A stretch of 64,000 nt of DNA, taken from NCBI GenBank assembly GCA_028023455.1, contig JAQFVV010000001.1:4588001-4652000 (forward strand). Direction: 5' to 3'. Positions 27,475-41,150 of the stretch are shown here, piece by piece. Numbering within the stretch: the stretch's first letter is position 1; every line of letters begins with the position of its first letter. The position numbers and the translations under genes are program-made. The DNA comes from Epiperipatus broadwayi (lineage: Eukaryota > Animalia > Onychophora). The notes beneath the pieces are model-generated. The model made no database searches. It was not told the DNA's origin and saw nothing but the letters and a program-made list of their open reading frames with translations.

Positions 27475-28151
27475 TCGTTCTATACATAAGTAAAAGAAGA
27501 CATTTAATTTTTTTACATCTTTACTTAAAACAGAAAAACAACTCAAGCAAGTAATTAAGTAGTTGCTTTAAAATTTTTGTCATTAGTACTTGTTACTATT
27601 GGCCTACATGTGTAATATTAAATGTTGGTTATTTTCTGTGAACCTCCAATGTTTTTAAAGCTACTGCTTCTAAGCAATAGAAAGCATTTTTTGCTTATAC
27701 TTTATTTATTTACGAGTAAATAATGTGTTATAAAATACTGTATTTTTTTAATTCATATTGTGCTGATTGGAAGCACCTATCATTATGACCCAGTGATTAA
27801 AGTTTAATTGTTTTGCAGAGATTCATAGAAGTTATAAATATAATGTATATTTTTATCTAAGTATGCATGGACATGTAGAGAACGTATATGTGTATATAAG
27901 TGTTTGTCCTGAAAAACAATTTCTGGTTGTTTAGAACAAATATCTTAAAAAAAGAAAAAACTATTTTTTTTTAATATATATTTAATAAAATCATTGCATG
28001 GACTAGTAATATTTGAAACAATATCATTTAAAGTTTGTTTGTTTTTTTAATTTTGTAGAGACTTGAAAATCATGTGTTATACTTTAATATTCAGTGTATT
28101 TAATACTGATGTTAATGTTGCAAATTTAAAAGGTACTGTTGTCGTAAATGC

Positions 28152-28157
28152 AATAAA
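28152..28157 (+). terminator. Candidate polyadenylation signal of the TBC1D1/4-like gene
   Basis: AATAAA about 680 bp after the stop, followed by T-rich sequence. Other AATAAA hexamers lie further on (~29044, 29054, 29342), so the site used is uncertain. Confidence 0.4.
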
Positions 28158-29520
28158 ATACTTATTTATCCCTATTACTCTTTACTCATCAACCCTTTTT
28201 TTTTTCGTTATTATTCTTTTCTTTCAAAGCTTGTGATTTGCTAAGCCTTTTCAGTTTTTTTCACTTATTATTTTGCATGTATTTTACAGTAATTACAGTA
28301 CTTATTTCAAACACTGAAATTGTGGCCTTTACTACATCTGAAAGAATTTAAATATTATTAATTGTAAATGAGAACTCACAACAGTCCTCCCGATATTTAT
28401 ATCTTGAATTTTCTATACATATATTTTTTATTGCTGAAATAAATTTGTTTTATAATTGTTATACTTTTTTTTTGCATATATCCAAGAATAGAAAAACAAA
28501 ATACAAAAAATTAATTTTAAAAAATTATATTTTTAAAATGGCTTGGGTTTTTAAAAAAATTTAAAACATGCATTCACAATTGACAAAATGTGATTTTTAT
28601 GATTCTTGACACTAATGTTCCTATAATTTTTATGCATCAAGTACATATAAATTTGTCACTATTTTACTCATTTCTCTCCCTCTTTTTTGTACATTTGGTT
28701 AACACATCAATTGCTGTGTGTTCTCATTCAAGAAATGTTAAGTTGTAAAATACTTAACTTTTCTTCAAAAAGTAATTGGTTTATGCGTATTTCAAAATGA
28801 TACTGACATGGCCCCTGAAGGTGCTAAATTTATTTGTACAAATATAAAATTTATAAATTTGTTTCTGTTCTCCTTATTTTGTATTAGAACTTGTTAAATA
28901 TCTTTGTAGATTTATATGTAATCAAGTTATTATTAAGTTTTATTTTAAAAGAAAGATGTTTTTTTTTGTTTGTTTTTTTCCAGTCATATTTCTGCTGTAA
29001 GTATAACAGCCTGCTTAGTTGTTTCATATTTGTTTGTATATTAATAAAAAAAAATAAAAATTTAATATTATCTATTGTTTGCATTTTATATACATATAAT
29101 TAGAACTAAATATTTAAACAATACAATTTTTTCATCATTGTTTTATAACATATAAAACTATTAATTTTTTTACAAAAATTAAAAGATATCAAAGAAAGAG
29201 ATTTGAAGTTAGCTCCTCACCTAATAGTAAATTCCACATGGAATCTTATTAATATTGGACATTAAGTAATTTAATGGTTTATAAATGTATTGCCAAATTT
29301 AATGTTATTTTATAATTTTTTTTTTATTGTAAACATAGTTGAATAAACCTGTTTTGTTTTTTTTTTGATAAAATGAAACTGGATTTAATGGTATCAACAT
29401 AGTCAGCATATTATATTCCATTTTTTATTTAGTTTCTGCTTTTAAACACTGTGGAATTTCTGTAGCCATATTGGGAGAGCTAATCAAGACATTAGAAATT
29501 CAACTTTTTTTTTTTTGTTT

Positions 29521-31030
29521 TTAACCTCTTTGCTGGCAAAGCAGCCATATTGAATATTTAAAAAATTATGTTAAGCCACAAACTTTATCATTTAAAGTTT
29601 GTATTATTCAAAAATTACATAATATATATTGTTTGAAACATAAAACACCAACAAATGTAATTAAGCTGAAAAAAATATAATCATTGATATTCAAAGTAAT
29701 AAAAAAAAGTTAATATTTCTAATAATTATTTTCATATTATTTCATAAATTCAAATTATCATGCATAAATTTTAAAACTATAATTTTGTTAGTAGGTTAAT
29801 TGCATTCATCATTAAATTTCTGATAAATTGGCATATAATAACACTTACCCTGAGGTAATCCATCACTTGAACACTTCATAGAATAAAGATATTAGTACCT
29901 TTCATTTTTCCTAGTAGCCCTTCAAAATGTTTTCCCATACAGGCATTTGCAATGAATATGTCATCCTTAATAACATCCCTAAAACAAGTAGTTATTATTG
30001 ATCAATAATTAGAATAATTTGAATATTATAATAAAGAACTTCATTAGTTTGTAATTTATTAAAAATTACTAAAATCATTACTATATACAAAGTAAAACAA
30101 AAATTGAATGAAATACTAAATTCATTACAGAGTTAAGCTTGAGGTACATAAATTAGTAGTTTAGAGTCAGTGCAATGTATTATTTATCCTATCTTTATAG
30201 GTTTTGAGGGTTCATATTGCTTCATGCTACTGTGACCATAAATTTAGTAATAGCTTCATCAACTGCCACCTCTCTTTGTATTTGATATGCAGCTTTGAAA
30301 TTTGCATTGCAGTAATCTATAATCAGCCTAAGTTTATATATTGTCAAAATCTTTATTTTTAGCATTTGCATAATTTTTTTATTATTAAAATGCAGACAAG
30401 ACATTATAGAAAAAAATCTAAATTGGGTCATAATATTTGCAAAATATCTTTGTCTCATATCAGAAGTCGAGATATCAACTAATTCATATACTGGACATCT
30501 GGACCCAATCCCACATCATACCAAAAAATGCAGATAATTCACTATATAAATTTACACAATCACGAGCTATTTTTTTGATCAGTTTATATGTTAGTTTCAA
30601 TAATAATTTTTTCGTATATTTTTTTATTAAATATAAATTCAAATAATAATAAAAGTATTCATATAAAATTAAATACTTGTCATCTGCTCCCAATAATGTT
30701 AATTCAACTAAGCACATTGATAAAATCTTGTATTTTTCCATTGTAAATTTCAGGGCCACTCCAATTCTGTTAAAAATGAAAAAACTGAGAGAAAGACAAA
30801 AAAAATCAATTTACTTGATCACAAAAATTATCATAAAATTTTTAATTTTAATCATAAAAAAATGAAACATCTTTTCTGAAACTAGAAAGAAAAATGGAAA
30901 TGAAGTTGTAAAAAGCGCATGTGTAGACTGCATAGATTTTGATAGTTTTAAACTGAAACCGGATGTTGAAATTTTGAAAATTCAAGACCGCATTATGCAA
31001 GCATGACTACGAACAGTAAAGTAATCTAAA
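29521..31030 (-). mobile_element. Degraded piggyBac-like (PGBD) transposon
   Basis: Minus-strand ORFs 30484-30759 and 30222-30458 give ELSAFFGM and IM..FRFFSIMSCLHF..YKLRLIIDYCNANFKAAY..EVAVDEAITKF, typical of the piggyBac transposase. TTAA-CC at 29521 is a candidate end; the other end is poorly defined. Confidence 0.75.
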
Positions 31031-33142
31031 AATGTAAATAGTTGCAAAATTGAACAAGTATTATACGTAGTTAATCATTCAAAAAGAAAAAATTTTCCCT
31101 GAAAGTGAAATAGTTTTTTAAGTTTTTACAAATTAATCTAAAAATAAATATGCTTGTATTTTGTATGATAATAAAATATTTGGTTTATTGAATGTTTATG
31201 TGTGTCATTGGAAAATAAAATATTCACCCATAACTAAAAATTAGCTAAATCATCAGTAACCATCAATAGCATTCTGTTAATTCACTAACTGGAAAAACCA
31301 GTCAGTCATTCATGAAGCCAAATTTTGAAGATGACAGTCACATCCATGAATTATTATAGTCCATATGGAATGCTGTCTCATCAATAAAACAGCAGTGAAT
31401 CAGAACCTCTTTCTAGCTTTTCTTGAGGGTGTTTGCTGTGTTAAACACTGGTAATGAAAAAAAAATTGTCATTTTACCCGTTTTTTTTTTAATTTATGGT
31501 TACTAATCTAGTTCATTGTTTTATTGCATTACGTATAGAATTAAGTAATGCATTTTCTTTGATGAAAAAAAAAATCATTTAAAATGGATGTGATCCATTA
31601 CTAACATATTTCATAAAATCCAGCATTTACATTGACCCTTATTTTATTATCCATTTTGAAAGACAAAAAAACTAAAAATTTCAAGATAAATAAGTAAATT
31701 ACAGAGCATAAAAAAAGAAATATATAATTTATAATTAATAAGATTTACCAAATATATATAATTTACAATGAATTTGTACTTTTATAATCCTACTCCCCTA
31801 CCCCAATGTTCAGTTTATTGATGAGTAAGTGTTAACCTTTATTCAAATTTTGAAGAGTTTATATCATAGTTCAGCCTTTCAATGTTTCCTTATTTAGAAA
31901 AAAAATTAAAAATATTTTTGTCCCCATCTTTATCACCTGCTTTACTACTATCATTATTATTGATTTTGCAATTAATGATCTATGACATTTTAGGACTTGG
32001 TTAGATTTCATGAGACAAACTACTTTTAAATCACTTTCAATTTTTTCCCAATTCCCTTGTAGTTAAGAAGATTACTAAATTGAGTTGACCAAATAGTCAT
32101 TTGCTTATGGTTTCAGTAGCCCTACGCAGTGAATAAAAGCTGAAACTAAAAGAAAATTTGTATCAAATTTAATCTTCTAGAATTAAATTTATTGTTATTA
32201 TATATTTAATTAAATTTCAGCATTAACCAGCCATATAAATATTTATGTTCGTGTGTGTGAATATTATTTCTTTTTTAATGATTATGAACTGAAATGTAAG
32301 AGATTTTGTGTTCAACTTATATAAGGCAAAAATATTATATGAAGAGAGGAATAATAAAAAAGAATATTAGATGTTTTATTACTTAAAAAAATAATTTGCT
32401 CAACCGAAAGAAACTAAATGTGAAAATTCATCAAGAAATCTGAAATAGTGCATTATGAGAATCTGTTTTATTTTAATATTGTAGGAATATAAGAAAGATT
32501 GCATTGATGTAATTGAAATTTATGATTTATATATACAGAATACAAACAATATGGCATGATTATCTTTAAATTGAAATTAACACATCAAGCAATTTAATTA
32601 TAAAATTCAAACTTCCATTGTTAGAATATATTTTAACAACAACATATTTTAGTCTCATACAATAGATTCACAACGAATTAGTCATATAACAACTATAATA
32701 ATCATTTCTTAATCTCTAAACTATTTGATTATGATCAGAAATCATATTGTTAATAAAACAATGTCCAGAGGAGAAGTTTGAATTTTTATTAATTTAAGAC
32801 TACTTGTGAATATTTTGTTTATGTGTTTTTATAATCACTGTTTTTAATATTTTTTTTTTACATTTAAAAATATACATGCATAAGTAGAAATATTTCAGGA
32901 TAATACTTTTTAACAATACTAATAATTTAACTTTATTAATGAAAATATTTTTATTATATAATAATAACAATTATTTAAAGTTATTGTATGACTTTCATCT
33001 TTTTATTTAATTAATGAAAATTTCAGTATTAACTTTGGAAGGAAGAAAAAGAAAAAATCTTAGTGATTGTAATGTGTGATTGTCTAAAAAGCAATGCTTT
33101 ATGAAAAAAAAATATGTGTGTACTTCAATTGGCATATAATAA

Positions 33143-33260
33143 ATAGAATATTAGCTTTGATAACAATATTTACTTAATTTCACAGGATAAATTTCCCATG
33201 GATAGAATATTAGCTTTGATAACAATATTTACTTAATTTCACAGGATAAATTTCCCATGG
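33143..33260. repeat. Perfect 59-bp tandem duplication
   Basis: ATAGAATATTAGCTTTGATAACAATATTTACTTAATTTCACAGGATAAATTTCCCATGG occurs twice back to back. Confidence 0.95.
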
Positions 33261-34155
33261 ATTTCTGTTTTCTGCAGTCCTTTTAACTTTAATATCATCT
33301 ATGTTTTCAAAAGCTGATGAAATTAGTGTGTTACAAAAAATAATAATAAAATTTAGTATAATTCATTATACCAAAATACAAAATCACATGTAATAAATGT
33401 CTATACTATATATATATAAAAATTTAAAAGAAAGAATGGATAGAAAATTTTCTTATGATATAATTCACGTAATAGAAAAAAATAATAGTTTATTTCTAGA
33501 AGAGAAATATACTGTTATAGGAAATTCTGATTAATTAAATTTACTGTCTATCTAACTCTAATGAAAATTGTTAAGATATTCAGAACAGTTCATAAATTTA
33601 AAACTTTGTCTGACCTCCAAGCTGAAAGATCATTTAAAAAGGAATCATGGTAATTATAATTAGACATATATATATATATATGGTAATTCATTTTAAGTAT
33701 TTAATTTTACTTGAGGGATTAATAAGGATTTCACACTCTTACTTTTATTAAAGCAATATTTCTATACATTATTAAAAAATATTATTCCAAAGTTATTTGT
33801 ATAAGATTTATGTGTTTACAAAATTGTTCCAAGACAGGAAGTTGTTAGATGATGATATTAAATATAAGACAATTATAAAATTTGAATACTTTTATTAAAT
33901 ATTTTTTAAAAAATCATTTTATTCATACTTTTAACTGTGATATTGTGATTATTCTTTGTGCAATAAAAATGATAGAATGAAAAATATATATTTTTTATCC
34001 TAATTATCATTAAATAAATACTTTATTTGAAACAAATTTATCTTTATTATAGTAGATAAAAATCAGTTCTGAGATATGTCATATTTTATTAATGGACAGT
34101 AGTGTGAACATGATTTAATGACAAAGCTTTGATATTCACTTTCCAACTTAGATTT

Positions 34156-34657
34156 ATTACAATAGAATGACAGCCTGTTAAGCTAATTGCGCAGACGCTG
34201 TGAGAATGTTATTAATAAATGAATACCTTCGAACAACCACATGATATAGTATTTGTATAAGAGTAAAAAGGAATCCTCTTACCCTTACGACTCAAATGTT
34301 TATATATGAGCAAATCTAAAGTAGTTGTAACGAAGGCGTGACTACGTAATAGTCACTTTAAATCACTATATATAATGTCTGTATGAATGACGTTTAGTAA
34401 ATTCTAGAAAATTTCATCGGCGTCATTCATACAGACATTATATATAGTGATTTAAAGTGACTATTACGTAGTCACGCCTTCGTTACAACTACTTTAGATT
34501 TGCTCATATATAAACATTTGAGTCGTAAGGGTAAGAGGATTCCTTTTTACTCTTATACAAATACTATATCATGTGGTTGTTCGAAGGTATTCATTTATTA
34601 ATAACATTCTCACAGCGTCTGCGCAATTAGCTTAACAGGCTGTCATTCTATTGTAAT
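34156..34657. repeat. Perfect long inverted repeat: 237-bp arms, 28-nt spacer
   Basis: Arm 34156-34392 is the exact reverse complement of 34421-34657 (compared along its length by eye). Direct repeat AACTTAGATTTAT at 34145-34157 and 34694-34706. Confidence 0.95.
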
Positions 34658-34726
34658 TATAATCGCACGCAAGACGTTATAAAATAAATGTTTAACTTAG
34701 ATTTATATATAACTAGAATTATATAT

Positions 34727-36845
34727 TGTACCGATTTATCCAAACCCTGTTGAGATGAGCATGTGCACATACTGAACATGAAAAAAAAAATATGGCGACA
34801 TGCCAGGATAAGGAGCAATTTTAAACCCTTTTACGATCGCACCTTTGAAGGTTCCATTTTAGATACAATGCCTCACATCACTCCCAGAAAGAGAAAAAAA
34901 AATTCTCCTGAAAGGATATGCAAGGTTAATAATTATGTGAATTAGAGAAAAAAAAAATCTAATAAAGAATATTCTTATGACAAAAGATTTAAATCCCGAT
35001 AAATTGGTATCCCATATTTCTAGCTCAGCATTCTCTTTATCCCAGTTAAAGAAATGTGGATCGAATATCTTGCTTAATTACCTAATTATTGTGTTGTTAG
35101 AGAAAGCAAACGAATAAAATATCAAACCAGTAAGACAACTAAAAATCATTAAATAAATATTTATTAAACCAATATCTCTTCATCACTTACAATCAAAGAT
35201 TAAAAAAAAATAATAATAACCCCCAATGCAGAAGAAATACTACCATATAATAAAGTCATTTTGATAAAATAAATATAGTTTCAAAACAAAAAAATCAAAA
35301 TTAAGTGAACCTCGCACTCGAATACATTACACAAACAATAAATAATACATTAAATATTTATATTTTTACATAAAGAAATGCGTAGGTGAAATATATATTA
35401 CATAACATCAATATTAAATTAATAAAAACTTGAATGTACCCTATAAAGTATTTAAGCTCATACTTCTCTGAGTAGGCCATTCATCCAGGCGGTAAGGACT
35501 TTACTTGAACATAGCACTATTTAGCAGTCTTCGGTGGTTGGATTTGGGAGACTACATTTTTGATGGCAGGAGCAGAACTGGGCACACGCGCTGAATAGGG
35601 TTCCCACCCCATGACCATTTCATGGACAGAATATAAATATTGCATTTTCAAGCTTAATTTAATTTATTCTCTGGTGGTCAGTGATCATCTACTATTTACT
35701 GCGAATTGGCTATGGTGTCATTAACTTTCTGCCACACGATTTCTTCCACTCTAGTCACAACACTAATAGGATTTTTTTGATTTGCGAACTCCCAGGTATG
35801 AAACAATTATACTGCTCTGGTAATGATTCTCTTTTCTTTTCCAATATAACGAACTCTCCAGTAAGAACAGTTCTGCACAGCACTAGTAATAATTTTCTAG
35901 TCTGAAATCATCTTGAAACTTGCTCTTCACCAGCGTTATACAGAATACATAACTCAATGGCTGACTGTTTCTGTCTCTTTGTAAGTTCCAGTTTCCACTC
36001 TGTAAGTTAAAATCTCAAGCACTTGATGGATAGCTTATATAGCCCATTCATTACAATCCCAATCCGGCTACCCCTCTTAGAAACTTTAATTGGCTAATTT
36101 CAAAATTTTTTTCTTAATTGATTCAGACAATGCATGAAACATTCCTATGCAATTGCCTAATTAATCTGAAGAATTTTTAATTTCATTTCTGTATCCACTT
36201 AGACCACTATCTGATTCAACACAAAAAGAAAAATTTTTAATATATAAGGCATTTTCTTATCCGATTATACCAAATTGAAGTTAAAAATACATTTTGTTAA
36301 TTAATGATATTTGTCTCCATCTGCTTTAGCATAAGTTTTAATGGATTATTTTGTCTAGCTGAAGTAATTTAGAATTTAAAACAAACCAAAATTGCTTATT
36401 TGCTAAAAAAAATGCCTTAGGCATTTTTTAAATTTAGTAGAACAATGACTTTCCCTCCTGCTTAATAACCAATAAAACTTTTTTCTCATGTGTCATAGCA
36501 TCAACTGGGAAGCAAACCCACTAACCTGGGACAGCAGCTGTCACTGACCTCTCGACCACCAATGCTTGACTACTTTGATTTCAAATTACACACATTTACA
36601 ATCTCATTAATTAAGCATTTTTTTAAAAAACTTATAAATAAATATCTTTGCATTTCTTTGAAATAAATTATCATAAGCATATAGCTAATATGCCTACACA
36701 TCTAATTCTATTGGCTTTTCTTATAATGAAGCCATTTTCAAGTGGATAGTATACACCCTCCCTTTAATAGCTTCATTATGTATTTCAAGGCATTAGCTTT
36801 TTTGATACCATCTTGTGGTCAGCCATATGAAGTGTGCCTGGCACA
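34727..36845 (-). repeat. 3' LTR (2119 bp)
   Basis: Colinear diverged copy of 41151-43431; starts TGTG just after the PPT and ends TACA on the minus strand. Confidence 0.75.
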
Positions 36846-36848
36846 ATA

Positions 36849-36858
36849 CCCCCCTCCC
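36849..36858 (-). promoter_or_regulatory. Polypurine tract (GGGAGGGGGG)
   Basis: Lies 3 nt upstream of the 3' LTR start on the minus strand. Confidence 0.75.
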
Positions 36859-36954
36859 AAATGGGATGTTTAAAAGTGATTATCATTTAATGTCTTTTAC
36901 TCATTAATTACATTTTTTTTACTTAAAAATTTTATAACATGGGTTTCAATGCTC

Positions 36955-39900
36955 TCACATTGTACATGCCCTTGATGCCTTGCTCTGTTTTAACCTGGAA
37001 AGCATTATTTCCTTGATTTTCCACAATTTCAAATGGACATTCATAAAGGTTACAAAACTTTTAAACCAGAATTTCTCTGGTATACTTACATGGGGCGTTT
37101 TTACCATCACTTTATCCCCTATTTTAAATTGATGCTTTGACGCACCTTTCCATTTCTTTCTTTTCATGCTCATCTGCATTCAAACAAGCCTTCTGTCTGC
37201 TTCCACAATTTCAAATGGACATTCATAAAGGTTACAAAACTTTTAAACCGGAATTTCTCTGGTATACTTACATGGGGCGTTTTTACCATCACTTTATCCC
37301 CTATTTTAAATTGATGCTTTGACGCACCTTTCCATTTCTTTCTTTTTATGCTCATCTGCATTCAAACAAGCCTCCTGTCTGCTTCTATATCTACTGTTTC
37401 ATCAATTCAGGTAATTTCACCTTAAACAACTTAGGATCTAGTTTACCAAAATGATGCATTGGGGAGAATCCTGTGGATTTGTTGATGGACCAATTAATAA
37501 AAATTTGAGTATTGGAGGTAATTGCTTAACCCATCTGTGATTGTTTGGCAGATATGTACAGAATAGCCTAGTTCCTGCATAACTCAGGGATTCGACTGTT
37601 GGTTACAGATGAATGTGAATACATGTTTGATTCCATGCTTGGTTGTCCACTGATTCCACTCTTCTGATATGAAGGGTGTCCCATGGTCAGACAGAAGGAC
37701 TTTAGGTTTCTGGACCCATGGGAAATGCAGAGTCCATAGTACTAGATAATGAATAGGTGGCTATAAATTTTGGAAAAAGGATCATAGATCACTAACAAGT
37801 ATCTTTTGTTTGAAGGGTAGCAGTGGGCCACAAAAATCAATGGCGATTATCTCCTTTGGGTTTTGAGATATAATTGATTCCATGGAGCTTGCGTAACTTT
37901 TGTTGAGGGGTTTTGCTCTTTGGCAGATTTTACACATATGTCCTGGTGCATCTGTGGGCAATCAAACCAGCGTCTGAGGCAATATTCTGTCTGGTGTCCC
38001 ATAATGTCTATAAACTGGATATATTGGATGAGGAGTGAACTTATCATAAGTGGTATCTTGACCCTCACATTTGTCTCTTCCTTCTTGGATTTGATAATGT
38101 AGCATTCCCTCCAATATGTAATGCACGGTCTTTTCTGAGGTTAAATCACACCCTGAGGTTTCAACCTGACACTGCATTATAATTTGAATCAAACCCATCT
38201 TCCCATTGCCTTAAAGCCACCTGATCCAATTCCTACTCTGGATTCATCAACATATAAGGCCATGTTCATCATATACACCTGGACCACATTCAAATGCTGT
38301 TGCTGGCCAGCAGCCGGATAGTGACTTAAAAGGTTAGCGACTACATTTTCAGCCCCTTTGCAGTATTGAACCATGTAGTTACACTCCTACAGGAACAAGT
38401 TCCACCTAACCTGTCAGCTCTTAGTGAGATAACTATGGTTGAGGAACTCTAAGCACTTGTGGTCAGTGATCACCACCACCTTGGAACCCAACAACATAGG
38501 ACAAAATTTCTGAAAAGCCCATACAATGGCTAGGGCCTCTCTCAGTAATGGTATAGCTAATTTCAGGACCCTTCAATAAATGACATATATTATCCCTATT
38601 CTCTCATCCAGTTGGATTTGAGACTGTGACACCTAGCCCATAGCCGCTGCTATCGGTTTGAAGCAAAAATGGCTTGCCAAGGTCCAAGTATGCAAGCACT
38701 ACCTGTTTCATTAAACTTTTGAAAACTTCCTCTTGATCTACAGCCCAATTCCATCTTGTTCCCTTTCTGAGCAGCTTTAAAAGAAGTTCCATCTGGTCAG
38801 TAAATTTCTCACAAAACCTGTTGTAAAAATTACAGCCCTAAGAAGGATCGAATCTGATGTTTAGTTCTAAGTGCAGGAAATTTTGTGATGGCCTTTATTT
38901 TATCAGGCAGTCTACCAAATGACCCAGGAATTTGATCTCTGACACAAATGTACTCAACTTTAAGTTTCCTTTTGCTCTACATGATCCAAAGAATAATTCC
39001 AACTGCTGAAGATATTCCTCCTTGGATGCAGATGTCATGACCATGTCATCTACATACATGGTTATGATTATTTTAGTTTCTGCAGAGAAAGCCTGGTCCC
39101 AGTATCTCAACAAACTGGCTCCACTGTTGACCAAGCAAAAGGGCACTCAGTTAAATTGATAGGAATACCCCACATACCTAAAAGCCATGTGCTGAGAGTC
39201 TGTAAGGTGTAGTTCGATTTGCCTGTAACTGGTGGTCAAATCGAATGTTGAAAAGACTTTCCTTTAAATCTCATTAATCAGTTTTGAAATGGGAGGAGGA
39301 ATGGTACAATTGGGTACTGTGGCCCTATTGAGCTGACAGGTGTCTAAGCATAACTGGATGGTTCCTATTTTTTTCTTACAATAACTAAGGGATTGCAGTA
39401 GGGAGAATATTTCTCGATGATTCCCCATTCCAGCATCTGCTCTTCCTCTTTGAACTGATGGGGTATAGGGTATGTTCGTGCTTGGAATAGTTTCCCTGGC
39501 TTCAGTGTAATTCTTTGTTGGTACTCACTGATGATCCCAGAATTTTCTGAGAATATATCGTCGTGGTTCTGAAATATCACTGTTTTTCTCATCCCTCAGT
39601 AGAGACCAATCTTGCTTCATTTGCCTTTTCTATGAACATGTCTGGGATAGCCTTGTTCAGGCAGTATGTATTTCATGATACAACTGAGGGGATAAGAATT
39701 TGATTTCATAGTCATTGCACATGAGTCTCTTCTCATAGTCTAAGACGCATTTACTCCTATGCAAAAAGTCAGCCCAGTACCACCTCATGGATTAAACTGT
39801 TCATTGTTAAAAATACATGGGAGGTCACTATCATCGATCTCCACCTGGAGCCAGATTTGTCTAGGCACGAGTTTCACTTTGAGTTTGTTTGCTAGTATCA

Positions 39901-40050
39901 CTAGGGTGAGTTTCAATGGGAAGATTTCAACCTCAGGATCAGGATTTTTTTTAAGATGTACTGGTACAATTGCTCTGATATCGCAGATTTGGCTCCCTGA
40001 ATTCCCTCAAGCTCTGTGAAGTGTAGTTGGGTGTTCTGTCTTCCCATGAG
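36955..40050 (-). pseudogene. Gypsy pol remnant (protease, RT, RNase H, integrase)
   Basis: Fragments YPIPHQF..QMLEWGIIE..SPYCNPLVIVRKK, TMYVDDMV, FLLQTDSSGYGLG, YCKGAENVVANLLS, IAIDFCGP, LLSDHGTPFISEEW, FKIGDKVMVK. Many stops and frameshifts. Confidence 0.9.
37019..37382. repeat. ~182-bp tandem duplication in the integrase C-terminal region
   Basis: TTCCACAATTTCAAATGGAC starts at 37019 and at 37201; ORFs 36955-37179 and 37170-37361 share a near-identical peptide. Confidence 0.9.
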
Positions 40051-41125
40051 TGTAATAGGTTTGACATTTTCTCCCTATCTTTTTTTTATTATCTCTTCTA
40101 CTCATGCTGCAGATATGCCCTTGTTGTTTTGTCTCCTTTTCCAACCTATCTATTACTTTGTTGAAGGTCTTCACATTTTTCCTTTACCCCTGGAGTCTCA
40201 TTTCCATCACTAGTGACATTTTGTTTCTCAAGTCTTATTTCCTTTGACATCTGGCTGAGGTAGAGTTTTATCGTACTCAAAAAACCTTTCCATCATTATC
40301 ACTAAAGTTTTCTTCTCTGGGTTTTTCTTCACTTTGCGACTCCATTACTGCTTTTATTACACTTTCTTGCTTTGTTACACACTTGGTTATTTCACTACCG
40401 AAACTATAGTTTAACGCTACCCTTACTCTCTATCTTTTTGCTTATACGAATACTCAGCACACACTGCACCGAGATTTTCTTATTACAACCATCATTTATA
40501 TCTCCCTTGTGTGCTATGTTCCCATTACTCTATTACTAACTATAAATAAGAAAATCTATTTTCTCAGATTCCTCTTCAAACAAGAATACTATACACTAAA
40601 AAAAACAAATAGTTTAACATTAAACTATATAAGTATTGAAAATGTTTTAGGACACAAAAAAAATGATTATAAATGCATTGTAATTATAATTGTTATGCGC
40701 CAGTGAAAAATTTCATATTGACATTTTCAAATATTTCCCATTATTCAACGTTAAACTTTACTTTTTTCTTTTTTAAATTTATTAAGTCCGCCGCCATTTT
40801 TATACCTATATGCAGTTTACATTTATACTGCCACATTTCTTTCTTTAAAAATTTTATTTAACTTTTTTTTTTTCATTTTAAATATGTATATACGGTAAAA
40901 TAATCTAAATCAGTATTATTGTAGTGACCAAGGTCACTTCAAAAACAAAACAAAGTATAGAATTCTTATTTATAAAGATTCCTAATTGTTAACTTTTTTT
41001 GCGTAATCTTTTCTATATTTAAAAAAAAAAAAGTAATACTTTTTGATTTTGCAATTTTTTTTTTTTTTTGATTATGTTTAGCGGCCATATTTTTCCTATA
41101 CTGATCGCATTGGATCAGGCCCAAT

Positions 41126-41138
41126 ACATTAGGCGGCA
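41126..41138 (-). promoter_or_regulatory. Degenerate primer-binding site, tRNA-Lys-like
   Basis: Minus strand TGCCGCCTAATGT matches the recalled tRNA-Lys(CTT) PBS TGGCGCCCAACGT at 10/13, about 12 nt inside the inferred 5' LTR end. Confidence 0.45.
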
Positions 41139-41150
41139 AAATTTTCCCTT

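Noticed and set aside
27780-27830. SECIS-like ATGA..AAA..GA hairpin in the TBC1D1/4 3' UTR
   Set aside because: Helix II pairing is poor, and the exon ends in TAA with no in-frame TGA.
34156-34657. Palindrome as a hammerhead carrier or Helitron end
   Set aside because: No CUGANGA/GAAA pair on either strand. The internal GTGACTA/TAGTCAC hairpin is not followed by a CTRR terminus at an element boundary.
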